64,000 nucleotides of DNA from Setoptus koraiensis (taxonomy: Eukaryota > Animalia > Arthropoda), in the NCBI GenBank assembly GCA_048013815.1, contig CM106585.1:16616001-16680000 (forward strand), read 5' to 3'. Position 1 is the first letter of the stretch. Every line of letters begins with the position of its first letter. The notes under the pieces were generated by a model, which did not search any database, had not been told where the DNA came from, and saw only the letters and a program-made list of their open reading frames with translations. A program made the translations under genes and the position numbers. This document shows positions 34,535 through 43,476 of this stretch, one piece after another.

Positions 34535-35037
34535 GAAGACACGCGCTAACACGCACTAGCCAGTGCATATGTGTGTGCGCGTGTGTGTTTGTATATAATA
34601 CAATGGTTACCGCGAATTCATCCTTTATGTGTGTGTGTGTTATGCCAAAGGCAAAACTCGCTGCGGCATCAACAGCAGCATCAACAACAGCAACATCAAC
34701 AGCAACATCAACAGCAGCATCAGCAGTGGCAGCAGCAGCGAGAGACAGCAACCGTCATGCGCAGTTGTCACTTGGCCTACTGATATACATATAAATATAT
34801 GTATATGTATATATCGCATTGTAATCGACAAAACTTACCCACTCAACTTTCAGACCGGCTACAGTGCACACACTGCCCACTGTGTTACAACAGCTCGCAC
34901 TGTTACAGCTCGCACCACCCATCTCACCCACTCACCACCACCCATCATCATCATCGTCATCACATCACCCATTACTACCCATCACACCCCACCACACACA
35001 CGGGCCCCACCGCCGCCGCCGTCACCACCACCACAAC

Positions 35038-35388
35038 ATGAACAAAATCATGGACCCCGAGCAGCCCCTCGATTTCAGTGTCAAGTCACCTTGCAGCGGC
35101 AGCAGCGGCATCAGCACAAGTAGCAGCTCGTCGAGGAAACGCGCAAGCCAATTGCCAGATAGCCAAAAGGACGACACATATTGGGAGAGGAGAAAGAAAA
35201 ACAACGAGGCCGCCAAGAGGAGCAGAGACTGCAGACGCCAAAAGGAGGAAGAAACGAGAAAGAAGGCGCTCTATTTGGAGGCCGAAAATTACACGCTCAG
35301 ATACAAATTGGCCAATCTCGAGGAGGAGCTCCAATTCAAATCAAACTGCCCAAATTGCAGCAAGTCCAAGGGAGAAAAGTATTATTGA
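35038..35388 (+). CDS. PAR-subfamily bZIP transcription factor (giant/CES-2-like); may extend 5' to the acceptor at 34853
   Basis: KDDTYWERRKKNNEAAKRSRD.RRQKE basic region plus short zipper, PLDFS motif, AATAAA at 35429. The frame is open back to a CTTTCAG| acceptor at 34853, so the true start is uncertain. Confidence 0.88.
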   Translation: MNKIMDPEQPLDFSVKSPCSGSSGISTSSSSSRKRASQLPDSQKDDTYWERRKKNNEAAKRSRDCRRQKEEETRKKALYLEAENYTLRYKLANLEEELQFKSNCPNCSKSKGEKYY

Positions 35389-35504
35389 ACACACAATTCA
35401 CTTTCCAAATGTTTGCCTTCAACTTTCGAATAAAGAAACTTATAATTTTAACAATAATCTCAGCAGCAACTTGTCTTGTAATCAGAGCAACTGTTGCGTG
35501 CTTC

Positions 35505-35609
35505 TCGTATTTATCCCATTCATTGCGGGCTACAATTTGTCGTATTAATCCCATTCATTGCGGGCTACAATTGGTCGTATTTACCCCATTCATTGTGAGC
35601 TACAACTTG
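35505..35609. repeat. 35-bp tandem repeat x3 (TCGTATTTATCCCATTCATTGCGGGCTACAATTTG)
   Basis: Units at 35505, 35540 and 35575, each with a few substitutions. Confidence 0.9.
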
Positions 35610-36719
35610 TGGCCCGTCGCGCGTAATTTGTCGTATTTGTCGTATTCATTGTTCATTGCGATTCGCAGCTCGTCGTGCGCAATTGTCACATAATGTTTTC
35701 GCGTCGCGCCTAACGCAACTTGTGGCTGCCCCCCACAGGCGCGTTTGTTCTATCGCGGGCACGGTGGCGCGCTGCGGTTGCGTCTTGCAGCGTCTCGCAT
35801 TGTGACCGGCATTGCGTCTCGCGTTGGAGCCGCTTGCGTCTTGCGAGTCGCTCGCGTCTCGGGACTCACGAGTTGTGAGTCACGAGTTGTGAGTCCGGGA
35901 GGGGGGCGGCAGCGGCACTCTCACTTGCTGGCAGCGAGTGGCTGCCCAACAGGCCGCGTTGAGTCGTGCGCGCCGCTTGCGAACTCTAGCCACCGTGCAC
36001 ATGTAACAATAGCGCCAATTCGGCAAATTCGCCAAATTGTGCAACATTGTGCGTTAACACATGCGCCACAAGTAGCGGCGGCAGCGTGTTGCATTGCGAT
36101 CATTTGTCGCTCTCAACTTGAGAGTCTCAAGTCAGCGACCGTCGCTGCTATCGTTACTGTTACTTGCTGTGCCTGCATACTAACACCAATACTAACACCA
36201 ATACTAACACCAATACTAATACCAATACTAATACTATGATAGTAAGCATAGAGAGCGTAACACTTTTTCGAGAATGTCGACGCACGGACCAGCTAGCTAT
36301 CGAGAGACTATCGCACGATAATGACGCGTTGCGTGACGGCGCTGAGTCGGCCAAAGGTCGGCCGTGTGGCGACAACTTGCGTGGCCGCACTGCCGCCGGA
36401 GTCGCATAACCGGCGCTGCCGCGTAATCGCTGCTCGCATCAACGTAAACAACCTAAACCATCTTGCCTACAACCAACAAAATCTTGCCTTACAACCAACA
36501 AAATCTTGCCTTACGACCAACAAAATCTTGCAAATAATCGCCAATTATCGCCAATTTTCACCAATTATCTCACCAGTTATCGCAAGCTATCTCAGGCTAT
36601 CACACGAGCTATCACAAGCCGTCGCAAGCCGTCACAAGCGGATTACTGCAAGTTGTCGCGCGGATCGCTCAATCAAATTATTACAAATTATTACAAATCA
36701 ACCAAACCATTCGTCGGCC

Positions 36720-39700
36720 ATGTTGTTGTTGATCGCGATAACAATGCTGGCCTGGTGCACGGCCGCTTGCCGCTCAGATCCACAGCAGCCGCAGCACCAC
36801 CATCACCACCAGTATCAGGCGGAGGAGGACGCCATGACACAGCACAACAGCAAGCTAGAGCTAAAGTCTTGCTACAAACACAACAATCAGCCCCAATTGT
36901 GCCTGTCCACATTCTACAACATTGCGTACGGGCGCACGCTTGACGTTACAAACACTTGTGGCATGCCAGACAAGGGCAAACAGGAATTCTTCACCACAGA
37001 CACCAATACGCTGGACAATTGCGATGCCACACACGATAAATATGCCCATCTACCTAGGCACATGACAGACTCAAACGACAAAACATGGTGGCAAAGCGAA
37101 ACAATGGCCGACGGTATCAAACAGGTCAATCTCACCATGAACTTGAAGAAACGCTTTGTTATATCGTACATATTTCTCAAATTCAAATCGCCTAGACCCG
37201 AGAGCATGGCCATCTACAAACAGAACAAGGTCGGGGGGCCGTGGCTGCCCTACAGGTACTACAGCACGCTATGTCCGCAACAGTATAAAACGAGGGATCT
37301 CAGAAGGATTGTTAACACGACCAAAAACGAAGATCTCGCCGTACCGCTCTGCTCCTCGGACGCTGGCTCAATTTCGCCTCTCACGGGGGGCGAGATACTG
37401 TTCTCGCCGCTCAAAGAGAGACCAGGAAGAAATCCCGACCACATACCCGTGCTAAGAGTGAGTTGCTGCAACCATAATCGTAAACAATAACAACAATCAA
37501 ACTCGCTACTGCTGCTGCTGCTGCAACGTCTTTGATCATTATCGACTTATCTTATCAAATCAAATTATGCATTCTTGTTTTCCGCTCCTGCATCTAACCT
37601 CTCCAATCTGATTATCATCCCGATCATCATCATCCCGATCGTCCTCATCACCACCACCATCATCGTCATCACCACGATCATCATCGTGACCATTGTCATC
37701 GTGATCATCATCACCACTATCTTCCCTATCATCATGCTAGGAATTTATTGGCGCGGCTGGCATCCGCATATCCCTTGATGGGATGAACACCTTCGGTGAT
37801 GAAATTGTTCATGGAAACATCGATATTAAACAAAAATATTTTTATGCAATTATTGACATATCTGTTGGGGGATAGTGAGTATTATATATCATTGAATCTT
37901 GGTAGTTTGTCTTGTCAATTTGAAACTTTTAACTTCTTATCAATTCTGATCAACTCCTATCTGAACCATATCAGTTGTGACTGCAATGGACATGCGTCGC
38001 ACTGTAATCCTATTGAGCCAGGCTCGGAAGAGTTTAAGTGTTCGTGCGAGCATAACACTTGGGGAGAAGATTGTCAACTATGTGCACCATTCTACCAGGA
38101 CGCCCCCTGGGGACCAGGTACTGAGTTGAACGCAAATGATTGTAAAAGTAAGTAAAGTTCCGATATCAAAACTAAGAAGTGGGTGGCTGAAGGCACACCT
38201 TCTCAATTCTATTATAACGGGGGTTAGATATGCGAGATGTATGCACTAGAATACTACAGGGCATCGTAGCCTTCTTCGAACAAACGCACACAAGCTAAAA
38301 CAACTTTTTCCAAGGGTCTCTAGTGGATCAAGTTAGTTTAATGTCGCCCACGCAATATCGAATTCAGCGATGGGTAGCTCGAGAAACACTTGAGGGGAAA
38401 AAGCGGTCTTATCCCTGTTACTTCTAAATAGGGGATGAACATATGCTTACTTTTCTCAAGTCAATCTCCTACCTGATGAGCTAACTACGCGTACAATGGA
38501 TCCTGAGTCTCGTCTACTATTCGTTACGAAAATACTGACACACAAGGCAAAGGTTGCTTCTGATATCTGATAGTATTTTGGAACTTGGGAATTTGCATTG
38601 GACATTCAGAAATTTGGATCGTTGCATAATTTTTTGTTTCAATTTGAATCCAGAGCCATAAAGGAACCTATTATTATCACTTAAGCTCGCTTCAGGTAAC
38701 AGGTGGCCACGACGATCACATTCGCACAATTGGACGCCGGACTTGATTTTGGACTATAATCAATTTAATCTATGGAGATAAAATATGACAATATTATCTT
38801 GACTGTTTAAACCGACACCCCTAATAGCCTATGGGATAAATCTTCAGATACTTGTTAGAAAAACTTAAGGATTTATTCGATACTCCTATTTGAAGAAACA
38901 ACCTTTGCAAAAATGTCATATTGTCTAAAAAGGACTGTGCTCTTCACGCTAGTATACTTCTATTGTCTTGCAGATCTTCTCTCATACCTGACCTCTGCTC
39001 AAGATGTGCCTGGCAAGATGTGGACCGGGTCAAAATGGGAAGGTGATTTTCGATTGATTTTTTTATTTGATATCTTGACACGGCGAGATGGTGACTAAGG
39101 CGGCCTAATTACGCAATATCCTGTTCTAACCCAATTTTTCTTTACTCTTTATCTCTCCTACGAACGATAAAATTTAGTTTGCAACTGTAACGATAAGTCA
39201 GATAAATGCGTCTTTGATGCAGAATTATTCAGGACCACCGGACATGGAGGGCGCTGCTTAGAATGTCGCGACAACACAGATGGTCCTCACTGTGAGAAGT
39301 GTAAACAAGGATACTATTTTGATAAGACTACAAAACAGTGCCAATTGTGTGGCTGCGACGCGTTAGGAACTGAGACATCTTCAAGTGGTTTCTCAATATT
39401 TAGCTTTGGTGCCTCCCCATCCAACAATACTCTACCAGACTGTGATGTAATAACCGGTCAATGCAAATGTAAGCCACGTGTTGGCGGGAGAACTTGTGAC
39501 CGATGCATGGAGGGCTACTTTGGTGTTCATGATGGCTGTAAAAAATGTGACTGTGATCCGATTGGTTGCACTGAGAGTGTCTGTGATCCTTCAGACGGTC
39601 GCTGTCTTTGCAAGCCTGGTGTCACTGGAGAAAAATGCAATAAATGTATGGATTTGCATTATGGATTTTCTGCGAATGGCTGCTCCAAATGTGATTGTGA

Positions 39701-41627
39701 CACTGAAGGTTCACTTGCCTCACAGTGTGATGAGAATGGCCAGTGCCAATGCAAACCAAACTTGGAAGGATTAAAATGCGATCGGTGTAAAGAAAATATG
39801 CACAATAAACAAATTGGTTGCGAAGATTGCGGGCCTTGTTATCAAATTGTTCAATTGGGAGTGGAGCATCATCGAAAAATGTTGAAAAATCTTACCGACA
39901 TGATAAACAACATAGAGAACAGCCCTCAGACTATACAAGATCCAGAGTTCAATCGTCAACTGCTAGATCTAATAAACAAGGTTGATATTCTAGCTAGCCA
40001 AGCAGAGGTTGCTCAATCTGTCGAACTAAATTTATTAAGTCAGCTAGATAACCTAGCTCAACGGATAAAAAAAATCAGAGACTCTTCAGAAGTTGTCTCA
40101 AGACATCTTGATTCCACACGCCCAATGCTCGATGAAGCTAGGGATAATGTGACAACAGCCGAAAATATTCTGAAGAGAATTCAGGATGAGCTTCTCCGGG
40201 CCGGAAATCATATCCGTATAGATGGTCAAGCAGCAATATTAAAAGCCAATGAAAGATCTCAAAGATTGGGGGAACATTATAAGCATATTTCAGAAATGGC
40301 CAAACAATCGCGTGCTATAGCCGAGGATCATAGATCGCAGGCTGAGACCATTCTGTCATTAGCTAATCAAGCGCTAAGAAATTCTAGCGAGGCTTTCAAT
40401 CTCGCAAAAGATGCTGTGGTAACGCACGAAGCCCACGCAAAAAATATTCAGTTATTGAATGCTGCCCTAAAGGAGGCGGTTGAACTGATGGAAAGAACGC
40501 AGAAGATGTCGATTGAGTCGAATGCGCAAGCAAAGAAAGCTTATGAAGAAGCTCTAGCTCTATTCACGGCCATCAAGAACCTGGAACTTTCTCCATATGA
40601 CCTAGATAAACTTCGAAATGAAGCAAATGACCATCTCAAGAATGCAAGAAGACTCCAAACAGAGGTGGAAGAATTTTTGAAGAGGCATCGTCAACTGTTA
40701 GATTCTACTTTCATCACTATGCAAGAAATGAAAGACCTCCTGGAAGAAACCAGGCGGCAGCAGCAAATAACCGACAAACAATTGGCAGATATCGATAAAA
40801 CTATACAAGAGTCCAAGGCCGCTCTAGCATCCGGCGAGAAGATACTAAAAGATGGCATGGATACTCTCAAGGCATTGAAAGAATTCGACGTCCTAGTTGA
40901 AAGAAGTAGGCTTGAATCTGTTACTGCGTTGAAGATGATTCCCCAGATTAGAAAAATAATTTCCGACGCCGAGAACAAAACACGAGAAGCTGAAGGAAAG
41001 TTGGCTACAGCTCTCGAGGATGCAACGGACGCGAGGGACATCGCTCGCAATGCATTCGAGATTGCTAACAAAACTATAATTGATGCACAACAAATTCGAA
41101 GTCTTGCATCTGAACTCAAAGATAAATCTACTCAGCTCCGACAACAAACTAAAGAGTTGGCTGACAACGTCAATGCAACTGATGCAATGATGACACAGTA
41201 TGAAAATATAGCTAGAGTTGATGGTGAAATGTCTCAAAAAGTTCTTCGAGATGCTAATCAGGCCGCCAACTCAGCTCAAAATGCAACAGACACCGCCAGA
41301 TTTTTGCTAAATTTATTGGGACCATTACTCAAGTCTATCGATGAAATGGAGGGTATAAATCCCAAACAATTAGCGGATTTGGAATCTTTACTGGCAAATC
41401 TGAAGAAGATGTATGCTGATAGTGGCATCAGGAGCTGGCTGGACAAGGTACAAGATGACCTTGCGAAACAAAAATTAAAATTCAAAATGTATGAAGCCGA
41501 AATTGAATGGCTCAAAAATGAAGTGGCGAACATAAGGGAGATAAGAGACTCTTTGCCTGATAAATGTTTTAAAAGAGAACGCCTTGAAGTTGAAAGTGCT
41601 AATAGTAAACCTAGTGATTGGAATTAA
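36720..41627 (+). CDS. LanB2: Laminin gamma chain (LanB2/LAMC1-like), shortened, 1164 aa. Exons 36720-37457, 37741-37874, 37975-38147, 39178-41627
   Basis: Signal peptide; LN domain (TWWQS, RPESMAIYK, ISPLTGG, NTFGDE); gamma-type LE2 (FRTTGHGGRC); five LE repeats; coiled coil; LPDKCF tail. All three introns are GT-AG and the phases (0, 2, 1) join in frame (3495 nt total). Confidence 0.93.
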
Positions 41628-43476
41628 GCCTAATGAAATTAATCTGATGTGCCATCAATTTATCACCAGAAAGGGTATAATATTACATCAGCATAATTAT
41701 GTACTAGATTTCCAACTAAAATAAGATTTTAACTATTGCAACCCGAATGGGATAGAGCATTTACTAAATCGACTGCTTTGAACTGAGCGAATTGACATTA
41801 TAATTACTATTTTTATAATTATTTTAACAACAATAAAACACTTTTACTCGAAGATAATGAGAATCATAGGCCCACGTTAAGAAGAAGGGGTAATGTTTGT
41901 ATTGCGAGCTATTACCATGCGTGGGAGTAGTACATTGAATTTCATTGTATGAGAATATAACAATATGTTTGCTTCCTCGAAGAACTAGAAGCACACCAAA
42001 GAACGTGCACAACAGAGGCACCCCGTTAAGATGTCAGTGAGATAGTTAAAGAGCGCAAACTCGTCATACCGCCGTAACATTCCAGACCCCTCAGATCTAA
42101 ACTTAGAATATTGGATAGTCTGAGGCAGTGAGATAAACTGGATGATTTATAGAGCTACATTGAGGGTCCAAACACAAGGTGGGAAGTACAATGTGTTGTT
42201 GTAGCGCAGTTGTAGTTCAAAAGCTTAGTACACAATCTGCTAGAGTGTGAGTTATTAAAATGATGACACAAGCTAACCTCATAGATTGGGGCTTTTACTT
42301 TTCGTCTTTTTCCTACATTGATTAATTTTATTATAATATGCAGCCATATGAGGGATTCTTTCATATCGATTGGCGCATTACAGCCAATAGAATGCATCGA
42401 TCGCGTTCGGATAGCAACGGCGAAGTCCCACAATGAGAACAGTTTAGGTAGAGCCTCATCACTGGTCCATGACGAATGTGGTTCGGATGAGAGGGAAGAT
42501 ACCCTTTGTATTGTAGGTAAACAACTCATGAAGCTTCCCAATAGCTTTACAGATTAGTGTGCTCTATTGTGTATTCCCCAGATCATGCATACAATGTATT
42601 GCGAAGTTACATTACATTTTATGTAACTGCCATGTTGTTGATAGCAGGTACAACCAGCATAGTTGAGAACACAAGGTAAGAAATTCAAAGAGTGCAATAA
42701 AATTCTGTTGCTAGTTGACGTGCACCTTTATAACCGACATGGCTAATGTGTCAAAACACAACTGTTCCACATTGTGTGTGAGTGAGTGAGTGGCAAAAAT
42801 GTTGCAAATGCATTCGAGCATTTCGCCGCTGCAAAATAATCATCTTATGATATATATTTATTTGTTTATTTATCCATCTATTCCATCTATATCTTTGTCC
42901 GTCAAGATGATGGCGACCAGTAACAAGCATCATCCCAAATAAATGAATGCTTCCATAACGACGAATAGATGGATCTCAAGGATATGGAACACTCGACAGA
43001 GAGATCATACGTGCAGCAACATACACATTCCATCGAAAAATTAACCAGTAATTAGTATAGAGAAGAACAAAATTAAAATTATGCATGTTATGTTACAGCG
43101 TGTCAACATCATCTGAGGCCAGAGACGTGTATGTATCATCAAAATTAGATCGATTACAAGCAATATATAAATGGCATTCTGTTTAACCATGCCGGGTCTT
43201 GTGGCAACTAATACAGAAAATAGGATAAATAAATATTGAAATCCAATACATATCAATGGAAGTCAAGTGAAGTGCAATATTTATATCAAGTCATAAATAA
43301 GAAGAAATCGGCGAACAAAATTCTGTGAACTGGTACCATCTAATGGAGAAGACCTTCTCTGGAGAGATTTGTTGAATAGTTTTATATCAATTTAAAAAAT
43401 TTTGTTATATTATTGATTCCGTGAGCTTTAATCTAAGTAAGAATAGAAGAACATATCGTCGTTGACATTATTGATA

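Noticed and set aside
38517-38729. Antisense ORF in laminin intron 3 starting CECDRRG, resembling an inverted remnant of the deleted LE repeats
   Set aside because: Only the first few residues resemble an LE start; the remaining cysteine spacing is absent.
41961-42029. VCFLEELEAHQRTC, resembling a TRAF/SIAH zinc-finger fragment
   Set aside because: Only 22 codons bounded by stops, with no supporting neighbouring exons.
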